Shown: positions 20,901 through 29,621 of the stretch, piece after piece
How positions within the stretch are numbered: the stretch's first letter is position 1
Layout: the number at the start of each line of letters is the position of its first letter
Origin: Candidatus Multivoradales bacterium
GTDB lineage: Bacteria; Acidobacteriota; Thermoanaerobaculia; Multivoradales; Multivoraceae
Length of the DNA: 64,000 bases
NCBI GenBank assembly: GCA_965223325.1
Contig: CBDCWI010000002.1
Coordinates: 3,072,001 to 3,136,000, forward strand
Reading direction: 5' to 3'
The notes under the pieces: model-generated
Seen by the model: the letters and a program-made list of their open reading frames with translations, nothing else
Databases searched by the model: none
Told to the model about the DNA's origin: nothing
Position numbers and translations under genes: made by a program

Positions 20901-20985
20901 CCTGCGCAGCCCATTCCTCTACCAGGTGGCAGACAACCGAGCGATCCTGGAGGCCGCAACACGGTTGGCAGTCGACGGCTCGTAG
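17917..20985 (+). CDS. P-loop (STAND-like) ATPase with C-terminal TPR array
   Basis: Walker A GPMGCGKT, Walker B-like IVIEDAE, GIPFAL helical-domain motif, multiple MalT-like TPRs. Start trimmed to ATG 17917. Confidence 0.75.
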   Translation: MSDPPPTDLRETQPLQAMRRLRLRLPAALVRLHTADAGWRDEATERAAEDGALALRSGLLASVPTQGDPAVVEAALAIAHQILAEHRPDDLVILVFPGLVETGDEGAREVRTPLIDDLEAQGPRVAPGQVYLTSHASWELESGWRLESAGAYRGPSGRELPLWKLVTPAERQPWRNPTLLGAARRRVERPELEDTVDGLRTGPGLVLTGPMGCGKTRLAHLAIRGEIALWARPWSRRSGGPSLASQLLDQIVHPVEGARPLVERADPPPRSAGWWDPARVGSEDEALALLRDLLASHRLPSTVQIVIEDAERLDGSGRRLVRELLRHQRLGDGLRVVVTTRGASGYDAWDLPEVRVGRFKNDEMTQLGMSLLDDLSMPPQVRAALLDASRGIPFALEESLVQLTRSKVVRRVYGNFFFSGGDLEDPEPSPRLIRHLEAECGRLGNSTPLRVMAHLESGIPIEELTESALGLAPDLPRDWYERYLEAELVDIEAAGLDQILNHACPLYRRAMNDSIPASSAESVRHLIGRQLAALGPGEDRWQAYALLAGTAEAIPVLLELARHPPPETPSGALFASLADELQAHREREGSEDLEMALLWQILPLARRTGKLHRLGDAIERALELSEGHPARRLALIALRAEKLLNDGRPRDAEVSLLEALEIAQETGDKRKAQLFVQLGKVLQRQHRYPEARKLFERLLPALDDETSRALEATCTFHLGNIALYERRLETALSLHRDSLNLRRELGLDKQIGSSLSALGTVHLELGDYPRALKTYQQAEEVLDLHGREGEVSYALLGQGRSLSRLGDYTAASHPFKRALEERSQRDDRMGEAIARLIVADNQLNLRQLDTALEEAKRAHYALTLTEATRQLGLAERLLGRIALGQRRYDDARQHLETAVNLHQRHGDIMAATFDRAWLLEASLAIADHRRIEELCSALEAVLETLRYPEGGEILDLRLHQGLEWLRQRGRDVDPEVSLRRAYGELMRKTEMLDADLRSPFLYQVADNRAILEAATRLAVDGS

Positions 20986-21001
20986 TGGCCACTGCAGAGG
21001 T

Positions 21002-21655
21002 TTATCTCAGCAGGAAGGCATCGAGGACGCGGCGCTCGGCATCCGTCAGGTCTTCGAACCCCAGCCAATAGCTCTCGCCTGGAGGTGGCAGGGGCGCCTC
21101 GACGTCGGTCAGCGAAGCCTCGAGTTCGGCGCAGTCGAGGCTCACCAGCACCAGAACCATCTGGTGGCAGATGCCGAACAGGCGCTTGGCCAGACGGCTT
21201 TCGATACGCACCCGCACGCTGGCGGGCAGCTCGGTGGTGGTGATGGTGTAACCCTGTTCACCGCGCGTGATCACCGCGGCGCCTTCCAGGCGCAGTGTTT
21301 GTGCTGGCACTGCCAGTTCGTCGCTGAGCTGTGTTCTGATCGCTCCCATCGAAACGTCAGCGTCGAGCAATCCCCGACCACCAAATCGCAACTCGAGGTC
21401 GACGCCATAGAGAGACGGCCCGCGCTTCGAGAGCGTCACCTGATGACTGCGAAGGGTCAATGAATGGTCAGGCGAGGTCAGAAGGATCGTCGCCGGCCCG
21501 ACCTCGACTGGCGCAAGCTCCTCGATGAACGCCTCGTACGTCCTGTTGAGAAGCGAAAAGGAGAACGTCTGCTCCTGCCCCGAAACCAGCGCCGGCCAAA
21601 GCAGCAGCCCGAACAAGAGCCAGAGAAACGGAGTGGGGAGGGCCAAAGGTCGCAC
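21002..21655 (-). CDS. Hypothetical exported protein
   Basis: Signal peptide (…PALVSG/QEQ); starts immediately after the VWA gene stop. Confidence 0.65.
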   Translation of the reverse strand: MRPLALPTPFLWLLFGLLLWPALVSGQEQTFSFSLLNRTYEAFIEELAPVEVGPATILLTSPDHSLTLRSHQVTLSKRGPSLYGVDLELRFGGRGLLDADVSMGAIRTQLSDELAVPAQTLRLEGAAVITRGEQGYTITTTELPASVRVRIESRLAKRLFGICHQMVLVLVSLDCAELEASLTDVEAPLPPPGESYWLGFEDLTDAERRVLDAFLLR

Positions 21656-24271
21656 TCAGGGATAGTAGCCGCTAGCGGTGCGCGCTTTGAGGCCGCCACG
21701 CACCTTGACCTCTACGATGCGGAATGTGTCCGCGCCGTCGGCCTCGGCAGGTCGGTCTGAGGCGTAGGCCAGCAGGTATTGGCTACGCAGTTCACGCTCG
21801 ATCTGACCGTAGACGTTTTCTAACTCGACCGCACGATTGATAAAGAACGCGCGACCGCCGGTTTCCTGCGCCAGGTTCTCGAGCTTGCCACGCACGCCCA
21901 CCTGCAGCCGGCCGATGTTGAGGCCAATGGTGTAGATCGAGACACCAGAGCGCCGTGCGTACTCGAGCGAATCGCTCCACGGAATCGTGCTTGCCGTGTC
22001 TTCGCCGTCCGAAAGCAGAACGAGGGCGCGCCGCCCCTTGACGCCGCGAAAGTAGTAAAGGCTGGTGATGATGGCGTCGTAGAGCGACGTGTTGCCGTTG
22101 GCTACCAGGTTGTCGAAGGACGCCTCGACTGCACTGACGTCTGAGGTACGCGCCATCAGGAGGGAGGGAACGGTCGCGAAGCTGACGGCAAACGACTTGT
22201 CCTTCGGGCTGATGATGCTCTCGAGAAAACCAACCGCCGCAGTCTTCGCCTCACCCAAGGACTCGAGCATCGACCCTGAGGTATCGATGGTGATGCCGAC
22301 CGTGATCGGCAGGTCTTCGACCAACTCGAAGCGTGCCAGCTCCTGCGGGCGGCCGTCTTCGAAGACGCTGAAGTCGGATCCCTCGAGACCGGTCACCGGG
22401 GCTCCCCCCCCGGAGGGCGTCACCGTTGTGTAGAGTTCGACGAAGTCGATATCAACCTGTTCGACGAAGTCGGGCGCGTTCAGGATGTTGACGTCTTCAG
22501 CCTGCGAGCCGTCATCGAGATGGACCACCGCGTTGACGTAGGTGACGTCGGCGGCGACCGCTGTAGCCGGGACGTTGATCATGGCGGTCCACGGGGGCTG
22601 CTCGAGGGTCGCCTGTAGATCACCATTGACCAGGAACTCGAGACGTTCGATCTTCTTCTCCTCTGGCACGATCACATCGGCTCGCGCCTCAATCTGGCCG
22701 GCGACCTTGACCCCGGCCTCAGGTGAGAGAAGCTCGATGCGGAGCTCGCCGCGCTGGAGGTTGATCACCAACTCATCCGAAGTCACCAGGTCACCGGCAG
22801 CGTCCAAGGCCTCGGCACGAATCGTCTGCTCGGTGGGATAGCGCGATAAGCGCAGCTCGGCACCCCAGGGTGCCTTCGTTTTCACCATCTGCACTTCGCC
22901 GTCGACCAGGAAGCGCACGCGTTCGGTGCGCGAACCCGTCACGATAGTGTCGGCGCGCCAAAGTCCCATGACCACGTCGGTTTCGGGAGGCACGAGCACC
23001 AGGCTGTCTTCGACCGCGACGCCCTCGCGCGCCAAGCGCTCGCCGATCGAGACGAAGATGTCCTCGTCGTTTGGGATTTCTTCGGAGATCTGGATTGGCT
23101 CCGGCGGTACGACGAGGCCGCGGGATAGAAAGGTCGACGCGTCACCGATTTCGTCACGAATCCGCAAGCGCAGCAGAAACTCAGCACCGGGACGCAGGCT
23201 ACGGTCGAGCACCAGCGCCACCGGCTTGCGCTCCTCCTCCTCGACCGGCACCTGGAAGCGCACCTTCCACTCGTCGAACAGCGTCCCGTCCTGCTCGAGG
23301 ATTGCGTCGACGTTGATGCGGTGTTCCTTCTTGCCCGAGAGCTCCTCTTCGAAGACCTCGAGACCCGCATCGACCGGCAGCATGACGATCACCCGGCTCT
23401 GAATGCGCTGGCCATCGCGGCGCGGGTAGCGCACCTCGACACTCTCGACCGGAAGCACCGCGCGCTTGGGGCTACGACCCGCCGACGCGGCACGCGACCA
23501 ATCGGCGAGGTCTCTGGGGGCACGCAGGAGGGGCGCGAAGTCGGCGTTGGCGGGGCGTCCCTCCTTGAAACCGTGCAAGCCGTCGATCCCGGTCACCCGG
23601 TCGACCGTCTTGGCTTCCTTGCAGAGCTGAAGATCGAAGCGGCGCCCTCGGATCCGTGAACGGAACTCTTCGTACTGCTCGAGCCAATACTCCATCTGCC
23701 CGTAGTAGAGGACCCGCTTCGAGTCGAGCGGTAACCACAGACGCCACGGCTGGTCGGGCTGCGGCTCGTAGAAAACGACCCGGAAGTAGTCCTCGGGCTT
23801 CTCGGGCACCGTCCCCGGGCGAGCCCAGCTCCAGACTTCGAGCGGCTTGAAGACCTGGTCGCAGTGCACCTCTTCTTCGACCGCGGCGGGCCCGCGCAGG
23901 AAGAGCACCTTCGCGCGTTCGTCGAGGAAGCTGGTGTAGCGCGCTCGCACCATGTCCTGGCGCTTTCGGATTCCGACCTGGAGCTCGTTCTCCGGAGTTT
24001 CAGGGATGGGATCTCTACCAAGGAAGGAGTCGATCCAGGCTGAGCGCTCGACCTCGCCCATTCGAGATAGCGCTCGACGCTCCTGCGGGCTCAGAAGAAG
24101 GGCCGGTCCGTCGAACCAGAAGGCGCGCTCGAGCTCGTTCCACTCGAGCGGATCGGCGGCCGTATCTTCGGCGACAGCAGGAGAAGCACGGAACACCAGG
24201 AGCTGGGAGAGGGCCAGGGCGGCGAAGACAACGGCTCCTGACTGCGAACGGCGGCGAATGGATGCGTACAT
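21656..24271 (-). CDS. Exported protein with GWxTD-like, Ig-like and VWA domains
   Basis: C-terminal VWA with MIDAS DTSGS...T...LLSDGED and ELRSQYLLAY; N-terminal GWxTD-like region (DERAKVLFLRGP); Ig-like repeats (RVRFLVDG, RLEFLVNG). Confidence 0.85.
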   Translation of the reverse strand: MYASIRRRSQSGAVVFAALALSQLLVFRASPAVAEDTAADPLEWNELERAFWFDGPALLLSPQERRALSRMGEVERSAWIDSFLGRDPIPETPENELQVGIRKRQDMVRARYTSFLDERAKVLFLRGPAAVEEEVHCDQVFKPLEVWSWARPGTVPEKPEDYFRVVFYEPQPDQPWRLWLPLDSKRVLYYGQMEYWLEQYEEFRSRIRGRRFDLQLCKEAKTVDRVTGIDGLHGFKEGRPANADFAPLLRAPRDLADWSRAASAGRSPKRAVLPVESVEVRYPRRDGQRIQSRVIVMLPVDAGLEVFEEELSGKKEHRINVDAILEQDGTLFDEWKVRFQVPVEEEERKPVALVLDRSLRPGAEFLLRLRIRDEIGDASTFLSRGLVVPPEPIQISEEIPNDEDIFVSIGERLAREGVAVEDSLVLVPPETDVVMGLWRADTIVTGSRTERVRFLVDGEVQMVKTKAPWGAELRLSRYPTEQTIRAEALDAAGDLVTSDELVINLQRGELRIELLSPEAGVKVAGQIEARADVIVPEEKKIERLEFLVNGDLQATLEQPPWTAMINVPATAVAADVTYVNAVVHLDDGSQAEDVNILNAPDFVEQVDIDFVELYTTVTPSGGGAPVTGLEGSDFSVFEDGRPQELARFELVEDLPITVGITIDTSGSMLESLGEAKTAAVGFLESIISPKDKSFAVSFATVPSLLMARTSDVSAVEASFDNLVANGNTSLYDAIITSLYYFRGVKGRRALVLLSDGEDTASTIPWSDSLEYARRSGVSIYTIGLNIGRLQVGVRGKLENLAQETGGRAFFINRAVELENVYGQIERELRSQYLLAYASDRPAEADGADTFRIVEVKVRGGLKARTASGYYP

Positions 24272-24458
24272 CTGAGGTCCTGTTGGAGGAAGCCTGCCCT
24301 TGGATGGTCGGGACCCACCCGGCACTGTCGGTTGGCAACGGTGTAGCGGCCTGTCTAGTACGGTCGGAGTTGGCAGCCCGAACCCATGCTATCGATCCAG
24401 GGAGAAACCGGGTATCGCGCTCGCGTATTCCGTTTCGCCGTCGAGGGAGAACCAAGCC

Positions 24459-25310
24459 ATGAAAGTCGCCAGCATCTACCGCTACCCGATCAAGAGCATG
24501 ATGGGAGAGGACCTGCCGGTCGCCGAGCTCGGTACGAGGGGTGTTCTCGGCGACCGAGCCTGGGCGGTTCGCGACGAAGTGCGCGGAGGCATTCAGGGAG
24601 GCAAGAGAATCGCCAGCCTGATGAAGCTATCTGCGACCTACACCGCCACCGCCTCTGAAGACGGATCGGCCGAGGCCCGCATCGTCACCGAGGACGGCGA
24701 GGAGGTATTGACCTCGGACCCTGCGGTCGGTGAGTGGCTGTCCGCGAAGCTCGACTGGCAAGTCGAGCTTTGGCCGCTGCAACCGGAGAGCAACGAAGAA
24801 CACTATCGACGCAATGCGCCCGGTGACGACCCGATCGCCGAGGTGCGCGCCGTGATGGGCCGCACCGACGACGAGCCGCTACCGGATTTCTCGCGCTTTC
24901 CGAGCGAGCTCGCCAAGTACTCGTCGCCTCTGGGCACCTATTTCGATGCGTACCCTCTTTTGATCATGTCGCGCGAATCACTCAGAAGCCTGGCCGAGCG
25001 AGCGCCAGACACGACGATCGACGTGCGGCGCTTCCGGCCGAACATCGTGCTCGAAGGGGTGGCTAGCGAGCACCCGTTTCCGGAGAGCCAATGGGAAGGT
25101 CGTCGGATGCAAATCGGTCGTGCAGTCGTCGAGGCAACGATCGGCTGCCCACGCTGCGTGATGATCACCCGCGACTTCGCAGACCTTCCGAACGAGCCGA
25201 AGATCATGCGGCGACTTGTCGAGGAGACCAACGGTGACCTCGGGATCTATGCGCAGGTCGTCGAGCCCGGTCGTATCGCTGTCGGAGATTCGGCCACCCT
25301 GCTCCCTTAG
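24459..25310 (+). CDS. MOSC-domain protein
   Basis: IYRYPIKSMMGE, GDRAWA, FDAYPL, RRFRPNIV, CPRCVM. Confidence 0.92.
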   Translation: MKVASIYRYPIKSMMGEDLPVAELGTRGVLGDRAWAVRDEVRGGIQGGKRIASLMKLSATYTATASEDGSAEARIVTEDGEEVLTSDPAVGEWLSAKLDWQVELWPLQPESNEEHYRRNAPGDDPIAEVRAVMGRTDDEPLPDFSRFPSELAKYSSPLGTYFDAYPLLIMSRESLRSLAERAPDTTIDVRRFRPNIVLEGVASEHPFPESQWEGRRMQIGRAVVEATIGCPRCVMITRDFADLPNEPKIMRRLVEETNGDLGIYAQVVEPGRIAVGDSATLLP

Positions 25311-25330
25311 CTGCTCCCCTTGCAGCCGCG

Positions 25331-25744
25331 CTAGAGGTGGTAGAGCATTCCGTAGACCAGAACTCCGGTCACCGAGACGAAGACCCAGATCGGGAATGTG
25401 ATGCGTGCGATCCGACGATGGCGCTCGAACTGTCCGCAGAGCGCCCGGTAGAGCGTCCACAGAGCCAGGAACGGCACCAGGCCAGCCAGGATGATGTGCG
25501 GGATCAGAATCGCGAAGTAGATGGTTCGGATGGCGCCGGTTCCCGCGAACGGCACCGACCCGACCTTGGCGTGGTAGACCAGGTACGACGCCAGGAAAAC
25601 GACCGAGCAAGCGAATGCTGCCACCATGCAATTGCGATGCGCAGTGCGTCGACCGCTGCGAATGAAGAACCAACCGGTAACGAGCAACGTGCAGGCGATC
25701 GCGTTGAGCGTCGCATTCACGGCGGGGAGATCGGTCACTTCCAT
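25331..25744 (-). CDS. DUF420 membrane protein (oxidase biogenesis associated)
   Basis: LPAVNATLN, HRNCM, H..IAR.TFPIW..VSVTGV.VY. Confidence 0.9.
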   Translation of the reverse strand: MEVTDLPAVNATLNAIACTLLVTGWFFIRSGRRTAHRNCMVAAFACSVVFLASYLVYHAKVGSVPFAGTGAIRTIYFAILIPHIILAGLVPFLALWTLYRALCGQFERHRRIARITFPIWVFVSVTGVLVYGMLYHL

Positions 25745-25777
25745 AGGAGGTTCTCAGCCAGGTGCCCGGAGAGTGTT

Positions 25778-26515
25778 TTACTGGTAGGCAAGCTCTTCTT
25801 CGTACCAGGCCTCGAAGTCTTCCTGGCTTTCGACCGTCAGGCGCCCCAACATGCGGAAATGGCCGAGACCGCAAAGCTGTGCACAACCGATCTCACTCTC
25901 GCCGACTTCAACCGGCGTCATCGCGAGGCGAATGGTTTGGCCTGGAATCACGTCCTGGCGAACGCGCATGAACGGTAGGTAGAAGGCGTGCACTACATCT
26001 TTCGAGCGCAGCTCAAAGAGCACCTCCTCGCCCACCGGTAGATGAAACTCGTTGATCATCACCAGGTCGTCGAAGGATTCGGGCGCGTCGTAGTCGAGGC
26101 CTACAGGGTTGGTTCCATCAACCCAGTCGCTCGAGGTCGGGCCGAAGATGCCGTCTTCTCCGGCGTAGTGAAAGTTCCAAACGAACTGCTCACCCAACAC
26201 CCGCACCACCCGCACCTCGTCGGCAGACGGGAGTTCACCCGTGCGTTTTGCCCACAGTGGAATCTCCACCAGAAAGAGAACCGCCAGTTCCGACAGCGCA
26301 ATCACCGCAACCAGCGCCATGGCGAAGCGCCCGCGCGGCCCAGTTCTAAGGGGCTCGGGCTGTCGCCCGGAGCGAAAGCGCCACAGCACATAGACGAGAT
26401 ACAAGGACCAGCCGACCAGGAGAACGAGGATCGCCCAATGCACCATGGCGATCAAGGAATCGATGTGGTGCCCCTCCTGTGAGTAGTCAGGAGGTAGGCC
26501 GAGCCATTCGTTCAT
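25778..26515 (-). CDS. coxB: Cytochrome c oxidase subunit II
   Basis: Two TM helices, QFVWNFHY, SKDVVHAF, CuA motif CAQLCGLGHFRM. Confidence 0.92.
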   Translation of the reverse strand: MNEWLGLPPDYSQEGHHIDSLIAMVHWAILVLLVGWSLYLVYVLWRFRSGRQPEPLRTGPRGRFAMALVAVIALSELAVLFLVEIPLWAKRTGELPSADEVRVVRVLGEQFVWNFHYAGEDGIFGPTSSDWVDGTNPVGLDYDAPESFDDLVMINEFHLPVGEEVLFELRSKDVVHAFYLPFMRVRQDVIPGQTIRLAMTPVEVGESEIGCAQLCGLGHFRMLGRLTVESQEDFEAWYEEELAYQ

Positions 26516-26709
26516 TGCTTCACCTCCTCGAGCGAGGCACTCGCCCTTTCAGCCCGAGCCACCCGCAGCAACAGGCGACCGACGCCAAACTGCGCGAGTG
26601 CGACCAGGGCGAGAAGAACGGCCGAGCCAACCACCAGACCCTGCAGGGTGTCCGAACCCGGCTCACCGAAGCACGTCGCGCACGCCAGAACGAGAGTTGT
26701 CGCGGCCAT
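26512..26709 (-). CDS. Small membrane protein with CxxC motif (65 aa)
   Basis: MAATTLVLACATCFGEPGS...one TM helix; overlaps both neighbours (translational coupling). Confidence 0.7.
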   Translation of the reverse strand: MAATTLVLACATCFGEPGSDTLQGLVVGSAVLLALVALAQFGVGRLLLRVARAERASASLEEVKQ

Positions 26710-26885
26710 CACACCACCTCCCGCCGGAGGAGCGCGCGCCACCCATAGACCAGCAACACGAGCAGAGCACTCAAGGACACGAGAAAGATCAGCACCTCCG
26801 ACTGACGATGCGACCACCCCGCGAGAGCCGACACCATCACGATTGCGGCCACGATGAACAGTCGATGAAAGGCAAGAAGAGACAT
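26709..26885 (-). CDS. Small two-TM membrane protein (58 aa)
   Basis: MSLLAFHRLFIVAAIV...; TGATG overlaps on both sides. Confidence 0.65.
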   Translation of the reverse strand: MSLLAFHRLFIVAAIVMVSALAGWSHRQSEVLIFLVSLSALLVLLVYGWRALLRREVV

Positions 26886-27205
26886 CAGAGCGTTGCACTC
26901 CCCCACTGCGCCAGGGTCGGTAGGAAAACCAGCGCCACGGCAAAAAAGAGCACCAACCAGAAACCCGAGCGAAGCCAGCGCGGCTCGGTTGGTAGATGGA
27001 GTAGAAAGCGCAGCGCCAGGGCCGCCTGCACACACATAACCGCCCCGAGAACGCTCCAGCGCAGAAGCGGTGCGAGCGCTGCCTGCGAGAGGAGAAACAA
27101 CGCTCCCGTAAAAACGGCCAGCACCACGCCACTAAGTACCACGCCTGACGGGGACAAACTCCCGCCGGAGGAAGGAGTCACGTCGTTCGGGTCCTGGGTG
27201 TTCAT
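26885..27205 (-). CDS. Cytochrome c oxidase subunit IV family protein
   Basis: Three TM helices, QAALALRFLLHL..E motif; follows subunit III. Confidence 0.6.
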   Translation of the reverse strand: MNTQDPNDVTPSSGGSLSPSGVVLSGVVLAVFTGALFLLSQAALAPLLRWSVLGAVMCVQAALALRFLLHLPTEPRWLRSGFWLVLFFAVALVFLPTLAQWGSATL

Positions 27206-27220
27206 ACCGAAAAGCCTTGC

Positions 27221-27835
27221 TCAGAAAAGATAAAGAGTCGGGAAGAGAACGATCCACACCAGGTCGACGAAGTGCCAATAGAGCCCTGCAACCTCGACGC
27301 GGTGGAGGTAACGCACCGGCTGGTCGCGGCGCATCGCCGCACCCGGCCCGAGCAGGAAGAGGTTGAGCAGCACGCCACCGACGAGGTGGAGCCCATGCAA
27401 CCCGGTCAGCACCCAGTACATGCCGAAGAAGTTGTTGGTGCTCGGGCGGTAGCCGTGATTCCACTCGAGGCGGTACTCATAGCCTTTGATCGCCAGGAAG
27501 GCGACTCCCAAGAACGTGGTCACCCACAAGAAGAGACGAAAACGCCGCACCGCATCCTGTGACGAACTCGACCCATCCTCGGCCAGTGACCTCCAGGCCA
27601 ACACGAACGTCACGCTCGACGCGATCAACAGGAAGCTGTTCAAGGCGGCAAGGCCAGGGTGCAGAAACTCTGACGCCACCGGCCAGGCGTCGCCGGCAGA
27701 AATGCGCAGGAGGAGATACGAGCTGAACAGCCCGCCAAAAAGCATGATCTCCGAAGCGATGAACAGCCACATGCCGAGCCGGGCGTTGTAGAGCCCGGTG
27801 TCGGCCCGCGTCTCGACGGTGTAGGGAATCTCCAC
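27221..27835 (-). CDS. coxC: Cytochrome c oxidase subunit III
   Basis: LGMWLFIASEIMLFGGLF, TGLHGLHL, GLYWHFVDLVWI. GTG start at 27835 chosen. Confidence 0.93.
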   Translation of the reverse strand: MEIPYTVETRADTGLYNARLGMWLFIASEIMLFGGLFSSYLLLRISAGDAWPVASEFLHPGLAALNSFLLIASSVTFVLAWRSLAEDGSSSSQDAVRRFRLFLWVTTFLGVAFLAIKGYEYRLEWNHGYRPSTNNFFGMYWVLTGLHGLHLVGGVLLNLFLLGPGAAMRRDQPVRYLHRVEVAGLYWHFVDLVWIVLFPTLYLF

Positions 27836-27896
27836 TAGCGGACCCCGAGGGCTGGCGACCACTGCCAGGCGGAACGTTCTCGCGATCTAGACATCT

Positions 27897-29612
27897 CTAG
27901 GGTGCCTCCGTCGCTGGATCGAGATGCTGTGGCCGGAAACCGCGGTCACCTTCCGCGTAGATGTAGGGACCAACGAAGACCGACACCGGCTCTTCGAAGT
28001 TGCCATGGCCAAGCGGCGGCGAGGGCGCAGCCCATTCGAGACCGGTTGCCTGCCAGGGGTTGGCTGACACGGCTTCGCCGCGCCGCAGACTCGAGAAGAT
28101 GTTGACGAGGAACGGAATCTGCGCCAGGCCGAGAGCCCAGGCCGACCAGGTGATCATCGTATGCAGCGGCAAAACGTCTTGAAGGTAGGCGTAGCCAGCC
28201 CCGCCGTCGTAGAGACGACGAGACATACCCGCCAGCCCCTGGACGAACATCGGCAGGAAGACCGCGTTCATGAGCAGGAACGACAGCCAGAAGTGCAACC
28301 GGCCGAGGCTCTCATTCATGCGCCGCCCAGTGATCTTGGGAAACCAGAAGTAGATTCCCGCAAAGACGGCGAAGATCGTTCCTGGCGCCACTACGTAGTG
28401 GAAGTGGCCGATGACGTAGTAGGTGTCGTGGAGTTGGATGTCGGCTGCTGCCAAACCGAGTGGCAAACCGGTCAGGCCACCGATCCCGAACATTGGCAGG
28501 AAGGCCAGTGCGAAGAGCATCGGCGTCGTAAAGCGAATCGATCCACCCCAGAGCGTAAGGAGAAGCACGGTCAGAATGACCACCGAGGGCACCGAGATGA
28601 TCATTGTCGTGACCTGGAAAAAGGCGCTGATGGTGGTGCCCATCCCGGTCAGGAACATGTGGTGCGCCCAGACGATGAACGACATGCCACCCAGGAAGAG
28701 CGACGAGTAGACCATGGCGCGATAACCGAAGAGCGGCCGACGGGTATTGGCGGCAATGATCTCGGCAACGATCCCCATCGCCGGCAGGATCAACACGTAG
28801 ACCTCGGGATGGGCCAGAAACCAGAAGAGATGTTGCCAAAGGAGCGGACTGCCACCGCCGGCGACTTCCACCACCTGGCCGCTCACCAGAAGGCCCGACG
28901 GCATAAAGAAACTGGTGCCCGCGACCCGGTCCATCAACTGCAGGATGGCTGCTGCTTCGAGGGGCGGAAAGGCAATCAGCAACAGGAAGTTGGTGACCAG
29001 CTGCGCCCACACGAAGAACGGCATGCGCATCAACGTGAGTCCCGGGGCCCGCAGCTGCAGGATGGTGACGATGATGTTGATGGCGCCCAACATCGACGAA
29101 GTAATCAAGAGCGCCATCGCCACCAACCACACCGATTGACCGACGCCTTCGATGACCGAAAGCGGCGGATAGGACGTCCAGCCCGACTTGGCCGCGCCAC
29201 CCGGAACCCAGAAGCTCCCGAACATCACGATGCCGCCCCAGAAGTAGAACCAGTAGGAGAGCATGTTGAGACGCGGGAACGCCATGTCGGGCGCGCCCAC
29301 CATCAAGGGCACCAGATAGTTGCCGAAGGCTCCAACGACCAACGGCACCACCGCCAGAAACACCATGATCGTGCCGTGCATGGCGCCGAGGGTGTTGTAG
29401 AACTCCGGCTGCAGTACACCGTCGGGCGCGTTGGCGTCACCGAGCAGGCCGCCGATCAGTGGCACCGCCTCACCCGGATAGGCGAGCTGCCAACGCAGAA
29501 TGGCAATCAGGGTGAACCCGAGAAGCAGAAAGACCGACGCGGTCACGCCGTACTGCAACCCGATGACTTTGTGGTCGAGCGAGAAAACGTAGCGCCTGAG
29601 AAAGCTCTTCAC
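27897..29612 (-). CDS. coxA: Cytochrome c oxidase subunit I (A1-type)
   Basis: DHK.IG, MHGTIM, HPEVY, WAHHM, HDTYYVIGHFHY, GM.RR. Confidence 0.97.
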   Translation of the reverse strand: MKSFLRRYVFSLDHKVIGLQYGVTASVFLLLGFTLIAILRWQLAYPGEAVPLIGGLLGDANAPDGVLQPEFYNTLGAMHGTIMVFLAVVPLVVGAFGNYLVPLMVGAPDMAFPRLNMLSYWFYFWGGIVMFGSFWVPGGAAKSGWTSYPPLSVIEGVGQSVWLVAMALLITSSMLGAINIIVTILQLRAPGLTLMRMPFFVWAQLVTNFLLLIAFPPLEAAAILQLMDRVAGTSFFMPSGLLVSGQVVEVAGGGSPLLWQHLFWFLAHPEVYVLILPAMGIVAEIIAANTRRPLFGYRAMVYSSLFLGGMSFIVWAHHMFLTGMGTTISAFFQVTTMIISVPSVVILTVLLLTLWGGSIRFTTPMLFALAFLPMFGIGGLTGLPLGLAAADIQLHDTYYVIGHFHYVVAPGTIFAVFAGIYFWFPKITGRRMNESLGRLHFWLSFLLMNAVFLPMFVQGLAGMSRRLYDGGAGYAYLQDVLPLHTMITWSAWALGLAQIPFLVNIFSSLRRGEAVSANPWQATGLEWAAPSPPLGHGNFEEPVSVFVGPYIYAEGDRGFRPQHLDPATEAP

Positions 29613-29621
29613 GGTGTCGAT

